A stretch of 49,381 nt of DNA from an uncultured Bergeyella sp. (GCA_916710115.1 CAKAOY010000001.1:1-49381); one strand, 5' to 3'. Shown: positions 27,791 to 38,291, counted from the first letter of the stretch. The notes: a model not told the origin generated them from the letters alone. Program-made: numbers and translations.

Positions 27791-28822
27791 TTACTTACTA
27801 CTGATTAGGAAGTTATAACTATCAATATGTTGTAGTGCTTTACCTGTACCTCGTACTACAGCTCTCAGAGGGTCTTCCGCGATGAATACAGGTAATTCCG
27901 TTTTTTTGCTAATTCTTTCATTTAAACCTCTCAATAGAGAACCGCCACCTGCAAGATAAATACCTGTTTTGTAGATATCTGCTGCCAATTCTGGTGGTGT
28001 GATGGATAGGGTTTGCATCACAGCATCTTCTATTCGTTCAATAGATTTATTGAGAGCTTTTGCTATTTCTTTATAGCCAATCATTATTTCGCGAGGTTTT
28101 CCTGTTACGAGGTCTCTACCTTGAACAGGAATATCTTCTATATCAATATCTAAATCTTCTATTACGGAGCCTACTTCTATTTTTATTTTTTCGGCTGTTC
28201 TTTCCCCAATATTTAGGTTATGTTGTTCTCTTAGATAGAATTTTATATCGTTATTGAAAATATCCCCTGCGATTTTTACAGAATTATCACATACTATATT
28301 TCCCAAAGATATTACAGCGATTTCGGTAGTACCACCACCTATATCAATAATCATATTTCCCTCAGGCTTTTGCACATCAATTCCTACCCCGATAGCAGCT
28401 GCCATTGGTTCATATATAAGTTTTACTTCTTTAGCATTTACTTTTTGGCAAGAGTCTATTACGGCTCTTTTTTCTACCTCAGTGATACCAGATGGGATAC
28501 ACACGACCATTTTGAGGGCGGGCTGTAGAAATCCCCCGCGGATTTTTGGTATTTTTCTAATGAATTCTTTTATCATTTGTTCCGACGCTTTAAAGTCGGC
28601 GATTACTCCATCTTGTAGTGGTCGTATTACTTTTATATTTTCGTGAGTTTTCCCTTGCATCAGCTTAGCTTGGGTTCCTACGGCGATTGTTTTTTCTGTT
28701 TTTGTATCAATAGCGATGAATGAAGGTTCATCAATCACTACCTTTCCTTTATGTATTATAAGGGTATTGGCTGTACCCAAGTCAATTGCAATTTCTTCTG
28801 TAAATAAATCAAATAAACCCAT
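27791..28822 (-). CDS. mreB: Rod shape-determining protein MreB
   Basis: IDLGTANT, EPMAAAIG, DIGGGTTE and LAGGGSLL. Confidence 0.97.
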   Translation of the reverse strand: MGLFDLFTEEIAIDLGTANTLIIHKGKVVIDEPSFIAIDTKTEKTIAVGTQAKLMQGKTHENIKVIRPLQDGVIADFKASEQMIKEFIRKIPKIRGGFLQPALKMVVCIPSGITEVEKRAVIDSCQKVNAKEVKLIYEPMAAAIGVGIDVQKPEGNMIIDIGGGTTEIAVISLGNIVCDNSVKIAGDIFNNDIKFYLREQHNLNIGERTAEKIKIEVGSVIEDLDIDIEDIPVQGRDLVTGKPREIMIGYKEIAKALNKSIERIEDAVMQTLSITPPELAADIYKTGIYLAGGGSLLRGLNERISKKTELPVFIAEDPLRAVVRGTGKALQHIDSYNFLISSK

Positions 28823-28861
28823 TTTTAACTAAAAAAAATTAAGATTATAAATAATAACGTA

Positions 28862-28869
28862 CAAATGTA
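28862..28869 (-). promoter_or_regulatory. -7 element (TACATTTG) for mreB
   Basis: Reverse complement of CAAATGTA. Confidence 0.6.
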
Positions 28870-28987
28870 ATATTTTTTACTGAAAAAATAATAGATAAGA
28901 TAAAAAATTATAAAAAAATTATGATAAGAAATGTTCGGAGAATAGTTGTTTTTTTACTAAAAATTATTATAAATATTAAATAATTTT

Positions 28988-28995
28988 TAAATTTG
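28988..28995 (+). promoter_or_regulatory. -7 element (TAAATTTG) for the barrel-lipoprotein operon
   Basis: TAnnTTTG match 20 nt before ATG 29016. Confidence 0.6.
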
Positions 28996-29015
28996 TAGCA
29001 ATAATTTTCTTAACA

Positions 29016-31844
29016 ATGATAAAAAGAATATCAAAAATATCGTTAATTTTTGTATTATCTACTACTTGTTATTATGCTCAGACGAAGGTTTTTGCTTATG
29101 TGAAAGACGAACAAGGTAAGGTAATAGAGAAGGCTAATGTAGATTTGCTCCAATCGGGGAATTCTATTCTTGCAGATAAGATTGGGTATTTTCAGTTCGT
29201 AGATTTACAATCAGGTCAGTATCAACTTATTGTTTATAAAGATGGCTATGAGACTAGAGTGGTGGATTTTACTATTACTAAGGAGGATAAGAAAAAGGAT
29301 TTAGGGGTAATAAAACTTACCCCTTTTGGAGATAATGCTGTGGATGGCGTTCTTACAATTGATGAGTCTCTGTCCGAGGAAGATGGAGCAATGCAACCTA
29401 CGATAGGGTTACTTTCGGCAGGACGAGATGCATTTCAGCAGGCATCGGCCTTTGAGTTGGGGTCTTATTGGTTTCGTCCGCGGGGAATAGAAAATAGGTA
29501 TGAGGATGTCTTATTTAATGGAGTATCAATGTCTAAAAATGATGATGGGCGAGTAGATTTTTCTAATTGGAGCGGACTGAATGATATTACCCGAAATCCT
29601 ATTGAGAGTGCAGATAATATCACGCCATCGGAGTATATTTTTGGTAATTTGGGAGGTTCTATACATTATAATACCAAGTCATCGGCATTTTGCAGGGGAA
29701 CCTCGCTGTCGTATGCTCTTACAAATCGCTCGTATTATCATAGATTGATGCTTACACACTCATCGGGAATGAATAAAAATGGCTGGACATATACTTTATC
29801 AGCAAGTAGAAGATGGGCAAATGGAGGAATAATAAACGGAATGTATCAAGATTCATATGCCTATTTCGTAGCATTGGAGAAGAGATTATCAAACAAAGCA
29901 TCAGTTAATTTCACTGCTTTTGCCTCGCCAACTTATAGAGCGACTAACTCGGCGAACACCCAAGAGGTGTATGACTTAATGGGGAAAAACTACAATGCCT
30001 ATTGGGGGTGGTATGATGGAGAAAAAAGAAACTCTCGTCTCAGAAAAACTCATAAACCAATATTTCAGTTGCAGTTTTTCAATAAAATAGGTGAAAATAT
30101 TCATTGGGATAATACGATTTCTTATCAATTTGGAAAAGACAGTAGAAGTCGCCTGGATTGGTTTAATGCTACTGACCCTACACCAACTTATTACAAAAAT
30201 TTACCAAGTTTTTGGATAACTCAAGCACAAGATGCTGATTCAGAAGATGGGTATAATATTACGGCAAATGAGCAACTAAAAATTGATGAAATGACGGAGT
30301 ATTTTAAACAAAATTCATTGATTAATTGGAAGAATATATACCTCCAAAACACCTTAAATTATGAAAAAGGAGCCGTATATACTATCGTGGAGGATGTGAA
30401 TAAAGATAGAATATTTAATTTTGTATCTCATTTTAATACCAAATTGAAGCCGAATTGGAAAGTAAATGCCAATCTTCGATACCAAAATTTCATATCTGAA
30501 AATTATCGCGAGGTGGCGGATTTGTTAGGTGCTAAATTTGCCTATAACCTAAATCCGTATGCTAGTAATCAACAATATGATTTGGATAATCCAAACGCCA
30601 CAGCAAAAGTGGGCGACAAGGTGCAGTATCACTATAATTTATTGAAACATTTGTATGATTTTAATGTAATGACAGAGGTGGATTTACCAAAATGGAATAT
30701 TATGGCATCTGCATTTGTGGCTTATTCTGAAAATAACCGAGATGGAAAATTTCGAAATCATTTTTATGTGGATAATTCTAAGGGTAAATCCGAAAAATAT
30801 AGTTCTATAGATGCAGGGATAAAAGGAAAAATAATCTATAAAATAAATGGAAGAAATTTTATTGTGTATAATATGGCTTATTTCAGTCTTGCTCCTACAT
30901 TGAATGATATTTTTATTAATCCAAGGCTTTCGGATTTGAGGACTCCTGATATTGCAAGTCAAATAATTACAGCAAATGACATTAACTTTATCCATAGAGG
31001 TAATAAAATAAAATTAAGATTATCAGGGTTTTATAATAATATAAATAATGCTATTGATGTATCCCGATATTATGCCGAAGGGGTACAAATTGGGAATGAT
31101 ATCACCCCTCAAAATACATTCGTTACTGAAATTCTTACCAAAGCAAATAAACAATATAGGGGAATAGAACTTGGTGTGGATTGGAAGATTACGCCAACTA
31201 TAGTTTTCATTGGGGCTGGTAGTTATGGAAAATATATTTATAAAAACTCCCCAAATGTATATCTTAGTGTGGATAATGAAAAATACACTAGAGGAACAGA
31301 GTTTTTAGGGCAGTCTAATATTAAAAATTATAGAGTAGCAGGTACGCCACAAAAAGCATTATCTCTTGGGATAAAATATAATTCGCCAAAATATTGGTGG
31401 GTAGGAATGAGTTTGAATTATTTAGCAGACCAATATTTGGATTTTTCAGCACTTAATAGAACGCCAAATTTCTATATTGACCCTCTTACAGGTGAGCGTT
31501 ATACAGCCATTAATAATTACGATAGGGAAAAAATAAACATACCTGAAGCAACACAAGAAAATGTGGATAAGTTATTAAAACAAACCAAAACGGACAACCA
31601 ATGGATGGTAAATGCCAATGCAGGGAAATCTTTTCTCTTAGGAAAATATAAAATGGGTATATCCGTGAGTGTGAATAATATTTTAGGAAATAGAAATTAT
31701 GTAACGGGTGGATACGAGCAGGGAAGAAAATCCAACTTCCGAGATGCCTATTTAGAAAGTACTAGAAAAACACCACTTTTTGGTTCTAAACTTTGGTATG
31801 ATAGGGGAACAACATTTTTTACGAATGTATATTTTAGATTTTAA
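29016..31844 (+). CDS. TonB-dependent receptor-like outer-membrane beta-barrel with N-terminal carboxypeptidase-regulatory-like domain
   Basis: Signal peptide, Ig-like N domain, plug-like FRPRG...NGV...WSGLND region, amphipathic strands, C-terminal YFRF. Confidence 0.85.
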   Translation: MIKRISKISLIFVLSTTCYYAQTKVFAYVKDEQGKVIEKANVDLLQSGNSILADKIGYFQFVDLQSGQYQLIVYKDGYETRVVDFTITKEDKKKDLGVIKLTPFGDNAVDGVLTIDESLSEEDGAMQPTIGLLSAGRDAFQQASAFELGSYWFRPRGIENRYEDVLFNGVSMSKNDDGRVDFSNWSGLNDITRNPIESADNITPSEYIFGNLGGSIHYNTKSSAFCRGTSLSYALTNRSYYHRLMLTHSSGMNKNGWTYTLSASRRWANGGIINGMYQDSYAYFVALEKRLSNKASVNFTAFASPTYRATNSANTQEVYDLMGKNYNAYWGWYDGEKRNSRLRKTHKPIFQLQFFNKIGENIHWDNTISYQFGKDSRSRLDWFNATDPTPTYYKNLPSFWITQAQDADSEDGYNITANEQLKIDEMTEYFKQNSLINWKNIYLQNTLNYEKGAVYTIVEDVNKDRIFNFVSHFNTKLKPNWKVNANLRYQNFISENYREVADLLGAKFAYNLNPYASNQQYDLDNPNATAKVGDKVQYHYNLLKHLYDFNVMTEVDLPKWNIMASAFVAYSENNRDGKFRNHFYVDNSKGKSEKYSSIDAGIKGKIIYKINGRNFIVYNMAYFSLAPTLNDIFINPRLSDLRTPDIASQIITANDINFIHRGNKIKLRLSGFYNNINNAIDVSRYYAEGVQIGNDITPQNTFVTEILTKANKQYRGIELGVDWKITPTIVFIGAGSYGKYIYKNSPNVYLSVDNEKYTRGTEFLGQSNIKNYRVAGTPQKALSLGIKYNSPKYWWVGMSLNYLADQYLDFSALNRTPNFYIDPLTGERYTAINNYDREKINIPEATQENVDKLLKQTKTDNQWMVNANAGKSFLLGKYKMGISVSVNNILGNRNYVTGGYEQGRKSNFRDAYLESTRKTPLFGSKLWYDRGTTFFTNVYFRF

Positions 31845-31846
31845 AA

Positions 31847-33928
31847 ATGAAAAAAACGATGAAAAATATTTTTAAGGGAATCATTATGGTATGGGTCATC
31901 ATATCAGTGGTAGGCTGTGTTCAAGATGATAAATATCACAATATAGATACCACAAATTACCAATGTAAAGACCTTTCCCAAGATGGAAATTTACAATTAA
32001 TATCCCTCGAGGAGGTGAAAAAATTATACTTAGGAAAGAAAATTTACGAATTTCCTGCGAATTCTAATCTCTACATGGAAGGATATGTGTCTTCATCGGA
32101 TAGGTCAGGGAATATCTACAAAACTATATTTATACAAGACAAACCAGAGAACCCAACACAAGGATTGGCCATCTCCGTGGAGGCTACTAATATCTATACC
32201 CACTATCCGCAAGGAGCAAAGGTATATGTGAAATTGGCAGGGTTATCCATCGGTGAGTATAGAAAATTAGTTCAATTAGGTATAAAAACAGGTAAAGAAT
32301 CGTCTGCAACGGAAATAACACGAATCCCTGAAAAAAATCTTAGTACGACAATTTTCCGTTCTTGTTCGGAGATAGCAACAATCGTCCCAAAAACTCTCAC
32401 CCTAAAAGAAGCAACCCAGAATCTTGATGCGTTGGCAGGGATATTAGTGAAGGTAGAAAAAACAGAATTTGCAGGTAAATATCTTTGCTCTCAATATGCC
32501 AATACTGAGGGAAAACAATTGGTAGATGCTAGCTTAAATACATCATCGGTTGTGGCGAAAACTAGTAGTTATGCTAATTTTGCCAACAAAATAATTCCTT
32601 CGGGGAATGGAGACTTTATCGGTATCTTGGGGAGGTATGGTAATACTACACAGTTTTATATCGTAGATGATGCAGATTTGTCAATGACAGGAAGTAGAAT
32701 AGATGGCCTCAAACCTTCTTGCCAAGTAGATAATAATCTCCCAACAAAAAACATTGCCGAAGTGAAGCAATTATTAAATGGGAATCTTACAAAAATCAAT
32801 GAGGATGCAAACCTTGTAGCAAGAATAATAGCTAATGACCAAACGAAAAACCTCTATAAAACAATCTATATTGAAGATGCCACAGGCGGACTTAGGGTAA
32901 ATATCAATGCTACTAATCTTTATACTGATAATCGTTTCCAAGTAGGTAGAGAGATTATGATAAAACTAAAAGACCTCTATATAGGTAAGAAAAATGATGA
33001 ACCTCAGTTAGGAGCTTTATACAACGGAAATATTGGGCAAATTAATGAAACTGACTTACACAAATATTTTGTACAGAGTAGCAAGCCTATCATCAATATT
33101 ATACCGATTGAAAGAGAAATTACACAACTCACAAAAAATGATTTAGGGCGTTTGATTACTGTTAAAAATGTTCAGTTTTCGTCTGCTGATATTGAAAAAA
33201 ACTATGCTGATGGTATAAATAATACCATCCGAACCCTTGAAGATTGTAGCGGTAATATAATACTACTTGTTACCAACGGAAGAGCAGATTTTGGGATGAG
33301 AACAACTCCATTGCCTGCAAATAGCACCCCAGTGAAAAAAGGTAGAGGTAATATTACAGGTGTATTGAGTATATATAATGGAAAGTATCAACTACAAATA
33401 TTATCTCTAAGAGATATTGTATTTAATAATTCTCGTTGTGATGGGTCTCTTCCTAAAACAATGATAAATATTTTCTCAGATGATTTTACAAACCTAAAAA
33501 ATTGGGAAATTATCAATATATCAGGAACAGAGGTATGGACAACGACGAATTTTGGAAATCCTAAACCAAGTGCCTATTTTGATGGAAATCGTAAGGAGAA
33601 TGAAGATTGGTTGGTATCCAAGGAAATTTCTTTAGTAGATTTTAAAGAGGCATTTTTTTCATTTGAAACAGATGGTAGATATTACGGAAAACCGCTGGAA
33701 GTTTATATCACTACCGACTACAAAGAACATTCTACCCATTGGGAAAAGGTGGATTCCGCAATTTTTGATACCGATATGGCACAATTTTCAGGATTTGTAA
33801 GCTCAGGAAAATTAAATCTCAATAATTACTTAGGTAAGAAGATACGAATAGCCTTTAAATATACCTCTTCGCTCGGGGCATCTACCCGTTGGGAATTGGA
33901 TAATTTTTCTGTAAAGGGTGCTAAATAA
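31847..33928 (+). CDS. Surface lipoprotein with two DUF5689-like repeats and a C-terminal beta-sandwich (DUF5017-like)
   Basis: Lipobox VVGC followed by QDD; repeats SSDRSGNIYKTIFIQD and ANDQTKNLYKTIYIED; ENEDWLVS...IAFKYTS...WELDN tail; start may be the second Met. Confidence 0.8.
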   Translation: MKKTMKNIFKGIIMVWVIISVVGCVQDDKYHNIDTTNYQCKDLSQDGNLQLISLEEVKKLYLGKKIYEFPANSNLYMEGYVSSSDRSGNIYKTIFIQDKPENPTQGLAISVEATNIYTHYPQGAKVYVKLAGLSIGEYRKLVQLGIKTGKESSATEITRIPEKNLSTTIFRSCSEIATIVPKTLTLKEATQNLDALAGILVKVEKTEFAGKYLCSQYANTEGKQLVDASLNTSSVVAKTSSYANFANKIIPSGNGDFIGILGRYGNTTQFYIVDDADLSMTGSRIDGLKPSCQVDNNLPTKNIAEVKQLLNGNLTKINEDANLVARIIANDQTKNLYKTIYIEDATGGLRVNINATNLYTDNRFQVGREIMIKLKDLYIGKKNDEPQLGALYNGNIGQINETDLHKYFVQSSKPIINIIPIEREITQLTKNDLGRLITVKNVQFSSADIEKNYADGINNTIRTLEDCSGNIILLVTNGRADFGMRTTPLPANSTPVKKGRGNITGVLSIYNGKYQLQILSLRDIVFNNSRCDGSLPKTMINIFSDDFTNLKNWEIINISGTEVWTTTNFGNPKPSAYFDGNRKENEDWLVSKEISLVDFKEAFFSFETDGRYYGKPLEVYITTDYKEHSTHWEKVDSAIFDTDMAQFSGFVSSGKLNLNNYLGKKIRIAFKYTSSLGASTRWELDNFSVKGAK

Positions 33929-33939
33929 CATTAAAACTA

Positions 33940-33970
33940 AAATAAGTCCGAAATACTCGGACTTATTTTT
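33940..33970 (+). terminator. Terminator of the barrel-lipoprotein operon
   Basis: AAATAAGTCCGA / TCGGACTTATTT plus T-run. Confidence 0.85.
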
Positions 33971-33982
33971 GATGATATTTTA

Positions 33983-33990
33983 TAAATTTG
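33983..33990 (+). promoter_or_regulatory. -7 element (TAAATTTG) for mrdA
   Basis: TAnnTTTG match just after the terminator. Confidence 0.6.
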
Positions 33991-34024
33991 CAAATCGTAT
34001 GAAAAATCATTATCCAAGTCAGAA

Positions 34025-35932
34025 ATGAAACAACAATTTATAAAAATTATCATTGCTCTATCTATTCTCGTCCTTATCATTATTGCAAGATTGGCCTATC
34101 TGCAACTCATCACCGATAGATACGAAATAAATGCAATGAACACCTCTATAAAAATAGAATACACAATCCCGCAGAGAGGTATTATATTTGATAGAAACAA
34201 CAAAATATTGGTAGGAAATCAGCCATCGTATGAGATGTCCTATATTGAGAAATTAATGCCTAAAAAGTTTGATACCTTATCGTTTTGCAAGTTGATGAAT
34301 ATCACTAAGGATGATTTTATACGGAATATCGAGACTGGTAAAAAAAACTTCAAGGGTAAGTATATGAAAATTACTCCCATCACCTTTATGAAAAATATCA
34401 GTATAGAAGATGTAGTGAGAATACAAGAAGTACTATTTAGATACCCCGCGTTTAATATAATATCTCGTCCCCAAAGAAAATATGAAGTGAATACCTCAGG
34501 AAACCTCTTGGGATATACAAATGAAGTTAATGAACGTGATATCAAAAAGGATTCTCTATATTACCTACCTGGGGATATCATAGGTAAATCTGGTGTGGAA
34601 AAAGCATACGAAAAAGTTCTGCGAGGAGAGAAAGGAGTAAAATATATCCAAAAAGATATAAAACTTAGAGATATAGGTCCATACAAAAATGGAATATTAG
34701 ATAAGCAGATGGTTTCTGGAAAGGATATTAATCTTACGATTGATTATGATTTGCAGCAGCTTGCAGAAGAAATGCTCGTGAATAAGCATGGAGCAATCGT
34801 TGCCCTTGACCCTAATAATGGAGAAATACTTACTATGGCGACAGGGCCAGATATTAACCCAAACTTATTCACAGGAAGTAATAAATCTAAAAACCTATAC
34901 CGCTTGCAGATGGATACTATATATAATAATCGTCCAACTTTTGATAGGTCTATACAAGCGGCATATCCCCCAGGCTCTACATTTAAAATGACTACCGCTC
35001 TGGCAGGAATGCAAATGGGAGTGATGACAGAAAAAACTATTTTCCCTTGTGGCGGCGGATTCTACTATCGAGGGATGAGAATCAAAGGACACGGTGGAGC
35101 AGACCCACTGATACCTTCTTTGGAAGTCTCATCTAATTGTTATTTCTCATACGCATATATTTCAATAATGAATAAATACAAAGGAAATCCCTCTAAAGGC
35201 GTAGATGAATGGAAAGATATAATGAATAGTTTCGGATTAGGGGTGTTTCTTAATAATGATTTGGCTGTCGGTTCAAAGGGAAAAATCCCAAGTGGAGAAT
35301 TTTATGAAAAAAGAAGTAAGAAAAAAGATTGGTCGGCAGATTATACTATAAACGGAGCTGTATTCAATGGAATGGGGCAAGGAGATGTTTTGCTAACACC
35401 TATCCAAATGGCAAATATGGTAGCTGTTATTGCTAATAAAGGTTGGTATTATACTCCACATATTGTAAAAGAAATAGATGGAAAACCCAATAATGACCCA
35501 AGATTTAAGGTTAAACACCATAGCAAGGTAAATCCTAAATATTTTGAGCCAATCCTACGCGGAATGGCTGCTGTGGTAGATAATGGTACCGCCAGCGGAC
35601 TGAAAACTAAAGATTTTTCTCAACTTGCGAAAACGGGAACTGCCCAAGTGCCACAAGGAAAAGATAATTCTATATTCGTATTAATAGCACCTGCAGATAA
35701 ACCCAAAATAGTAGTAGCAGCAGTGATGGAACATGCAGGTTTCGGAGCAACTTGGGCAGGACCAGCCTGTACTCTCATTGCTGAAAAATACATTACAGGA
35801 GACATAAAGCGAACATATCTATACAATAAACTAATAAATACCTCTTTTATGGACGAATATAAACGACAATGGGAAATAGATATGGAGAGGAAAAGAGGTA
35901 AAGTAATAAATACAAAAGAATCCTCAGAATAA
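34025..35932 (+). CDS. mrdA: Penicillin-binding protein 2 (class B)
   Basis: TM, RLAYLQ, PQRGIIFDRN, YPPGSTFK, SSN and KTGTAQ. Confidence 0.92.
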   Translation: MKQQFIKIIIALSILVLIIIARLAYLQLITDRYEINAMNTSIKIEYTIPQRGIIFDRNNKILVGNQPSYEMSYIEKLMPKKFDTLSFCKLMNITKDDFIRNIETGKKNFKGKYMKITPITFMKNISIEDVVRIQEVLFRYPAFNIISRPQRKYEVNTSGNLLGYTNEVNERDIKKDSLYYLPGDIIGKSGVEKAYEKVLRGEKGVKYIQKDIKLRDIGPYKNGILDKQMVSGKDINLTIDYDLQQLAEEMLVNKHGAIVALDPNNGEILTMATGPDINPNLFTGSNKSKNLYRLQMDTIYNNRPTFDRSIQAAYPPGSTFKMTTALAGMQMGVMTEKTIFPCGGGFYYRGMRIKGHGGADPLIPSLEVSSNCYFSYAYISIMNKYKGNPSKGVDEWKDIMNSFGLGVFLNNDLAVGSKGKIPSGEFYEKRSKKKDWSADYTINGAVFNGMGQGDVLLTPIQMANMVAVIANKGWYYTPHIVKEIDGKPNNDPRFKVKHHSKVNPKYFEPILRGMAAVVDNGTASGLKTKDFSQLAKTGTAQVPQGKDNSIFVLIAPADKPKIVVAAVMEHAGFGATWAGPACTLIAEKYITGDIKRTYLYNKLINTSFMDEYKRQWEIDMERKRGKVINTKESSE

Positions 35933-35969
35933 AAAATAAATAGAGGTTGTTAAAACCTCTATTTATTTT
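35932..35969. terminator. Bidirectional terminator
   Basis: AAAATAAATAGAGGTT / AACCTCTATTTATTTT. Confidence 0.85.
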
Positions 35970-35971
35970 GA

Positions 35972-36658
35972 TTAACTTTTAACTAATAATCTAAATCCTT
36001 CCCCATGAACATTGATAATTTCCAAATTTTCATCATCTTTTAGCATTTTTCGGAGTTTAGCTATATATACATCCATACTTCTCGCAGTGAAGTAATTTGC
36101 CTTTTTCCATATTTTTCTTAGTGCTAAATCTCTATTCATGAAGCCATTTCTGTGGATACAAAGCATTTTTAGTAGGTCATTTTCCTTTGGAGATAGTTTG
36201 TGCTCCGTATCTTTGATTATTAATTTACGAAGAATAGAATCAAAATATAAACTACTGAACTCAAATATATCCTGTTCCTCTTCCTCTACTACTGTAAAGC
36301 GTTGTAATATTGCTTTTATTTTGTATAAAAGTAGCTCAGGATCAAAAGGTTTTGTTATGTAGTCATCCGCCCCAAGTTGGTAACCTTTGAGTATATCTTC
36401 CCGAAGATTTTTTGCTGTGAGGAAGATGATAGGTGTTGTTTTATTAAGTTTTCTAACATCTTCTGCAAGAGTAAAACCATCTTTCTTTGGCATCATTACA
36501 TCAAATAGACACAAATCAAATTCTTTTTCCGTGAATTCTTTTAGTCCCATTTCGCCATCGGTAGCGAGGGTCACATCAAAGTTATTGATACTCAAGTAAT
36601 CTTTCAATACTGCTCCAAAACTTTGGTCGTCTTCGACTAATAATATTTTGTTATTCAT
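35972..36658 (-). CDS. OmpR-family response regulator, RprY-like
   Basis: LLVEDD, DVMMP, FLTAK, KPF, RSMDVYIAKLRK and NVHGEGFRL. Confidence 0.92.
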   Translation of the reverse strand: MNNKILLVEDDQSFGAVLKDYLSINNFDVTLATDGEMGLKEFTEKEFDLCLFDVMMPKKDGFTLAEDVRKLNKTTPIIFLTAKNLREDILKGYQLGADDYITKPFDPELLLYKIKAILQRFTVVEEEEQDIFEFSSLYFDSILRKLIIKDTEHKLSPKENDLLKMLCIHRNGFMNRDLALRKIWKKANYFTARSMDVYIAKLRKMLKDDENLEIINVHGEGFRLLVKS

Positions 36659-36737
36659 TGCTTTTAATTTTTATTAAAGTTAAATGTTTCTCCTATTTTA
36701 ACGATTTTTCTAAAATTATATTGTTAAAAAATGATGA

Positions 36738-38291
36738 TTATTCTAAATTCATTGGAAGTTTTACCGTAAAGGTACTTCCCTCCCCTTTTTTAGAATCTAC
36801 ATAAATCTGTCCCTTGTGTAGTTCTACAATTTTTTTTACATAGGAAAGCCCTAATCCTTGTCCTTTCACATTGTGGATATTTCCTGTCTCTTCACGGAAG
36901 AATTTTTCAAAAATCTTGGATTTGTTTTCTGTCTGCATCCCTATACCTTTATCGGATATTTGTATTATATACCAATCCTCTTCGTTGCGGGTAGATATTT
37001 TTATCTCAGGAGTGTTTGTAGAGTATTTATTGGCATTATCTAATAGATTTACGAGACAATTTGAGATATGAAATTCATCTACTTTAAAAATATATTTCGT
37101 GGTGTTAAAATCCTCTATAAGTTTGCCATTCCGTTGATTAACAATAAGTCGGAAAGACTCTGCAATTTTTAAAATTAATTGCCGTACATTTGTTTCCTTC
37201 AAGAACAGTTGTACTTCGTTTCTCTCTAATTTAGACATATTCAGTACATTCTCAACTTGTTTTTTCATTCTCAAATTTTCTTGTTTTATGAGTTGAGCAT
37301 AATATTTTATTTTTTCGGGATTATGGGATATCTTATCATTCATCAAGGAGTCTGTTGCCACAGAGATGGTAGCCAAAGGAGTTTTAAACTCGTGAGACAT
37401 ATTATTGATAAAATCAGTCTTAATATCAGCTATTTTTTTCTGTTTCATCATATAATTGATAGAAATGATGTAAATTCCTAGAATAGTGAGTAGTGATAAG
37501 AAAGTTCCTAATAACATAGGTAGATTGTTCTGAAATAAGGAAAAATTTTTCCTTGGAAAGACTACCGATAGTTGATATATGGATTTGTTGTTATTATCTT
37601 TGAACAGCGTCTGATTGTAATTGGTATTCTCAGAGTGTTCTTTGTAAGTATCTGTTACTATTTTAGTTATCCTATGATTTTTATCAAAAATACTAAATCC
37701 AAATTTTGTGTCTATATGGTGATTTTTAAGTTCGGTACTTAATATTTTTTCTATTGTAGCAATATCCACCCTTTTCTCAATCGGTAGATTAGAGGCATTC
37801 AACCTAACAAATTCTTTCATTGCATATTCTCCTGAATTAATGGATGTTAGCAGTTCCGAAGTTAGTATTTCTGGGGTGAATTTATCTGTTTTTATCCTTA
37901 CAATACCCTCATCTGTGAATATTTTAGTCCTCATAAGGCTATCACCATTATTAGATATAGGTATATCATCGGTTTGGAGTATACTTTTGGAGTAGGTTAT
38001 AATTTTTTTATTCTTCGTATTTTCAGTCTGTTGAATGGTTGTTTGGGTTGGTTTTTTACTATTAGCAATTACAGTATTTTTAAAATTTTTGTAGTCCTCG
38101 TTGAGGTATTTTTGTATTTCTGCTTCTTCAATTTTTTTTACAGTATTTTCCAAAGCAATACCAACCCGACCACTGAAATCTTGGTCAAGAGCTCCGTAAT
38201 ATTCTTTAAGCCATTTTATTTGCAGGGTAACGAAAATAATAAGCGATACCGACATTAGAAATGATATAATCGGTATAAACCTTTTACTCAT
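36738..38291 (-). CDS. Sensor histidine kinase, RprX-like
   Basis: Two TMs, NMSHEFKTPL H-box, NLLDNANKY, DKGIG and GQGLGL. Confidence 0.93.
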   Translation of the reverse strand: MSKRFIPIISFLMSVSLIIFVTLQIKWLKEYYGALDQDFSGRVGIALENTVKKIEEAEIQKYLNEDYKNFKNTVIANSKKPTQTTIQQTENTKNKKIITYSKSILQTDDIPISNNGDSLMRTKIFTDEGIVRIKTDKFTPEILTSELLTSINSGEYAMKEFVRLNASNLPIEKRVDIATIEKILSTELKNHHIDTKFGFSIFDKNHRITKIVTDTYKEHSENTNYNQTLFKDNNNKSIYQLSVVFPRKNFSLFQNNLPMLLGTFLSLLTILGIYIISINYMMKQKKIADIKTDFINNMSHEFKTPLATISVATDSLMNDKISHNPEKIKYYAQLIKQENLRMKKQVENVLNMSKLERNEVQLFLKETNVRQLILKIAESFRLIVNQRNGKLIEDFNTTKYIFKVDEFHISNCLVNLLDNANKYSTNTPEIKISTRNEEDWYIIQISDKGIGMQTENKSKIFEKFFREETGNIHNVKGQGLGLSYVKKIVELHKGQIYVDSKKGEGSTFTVKLPMNLE

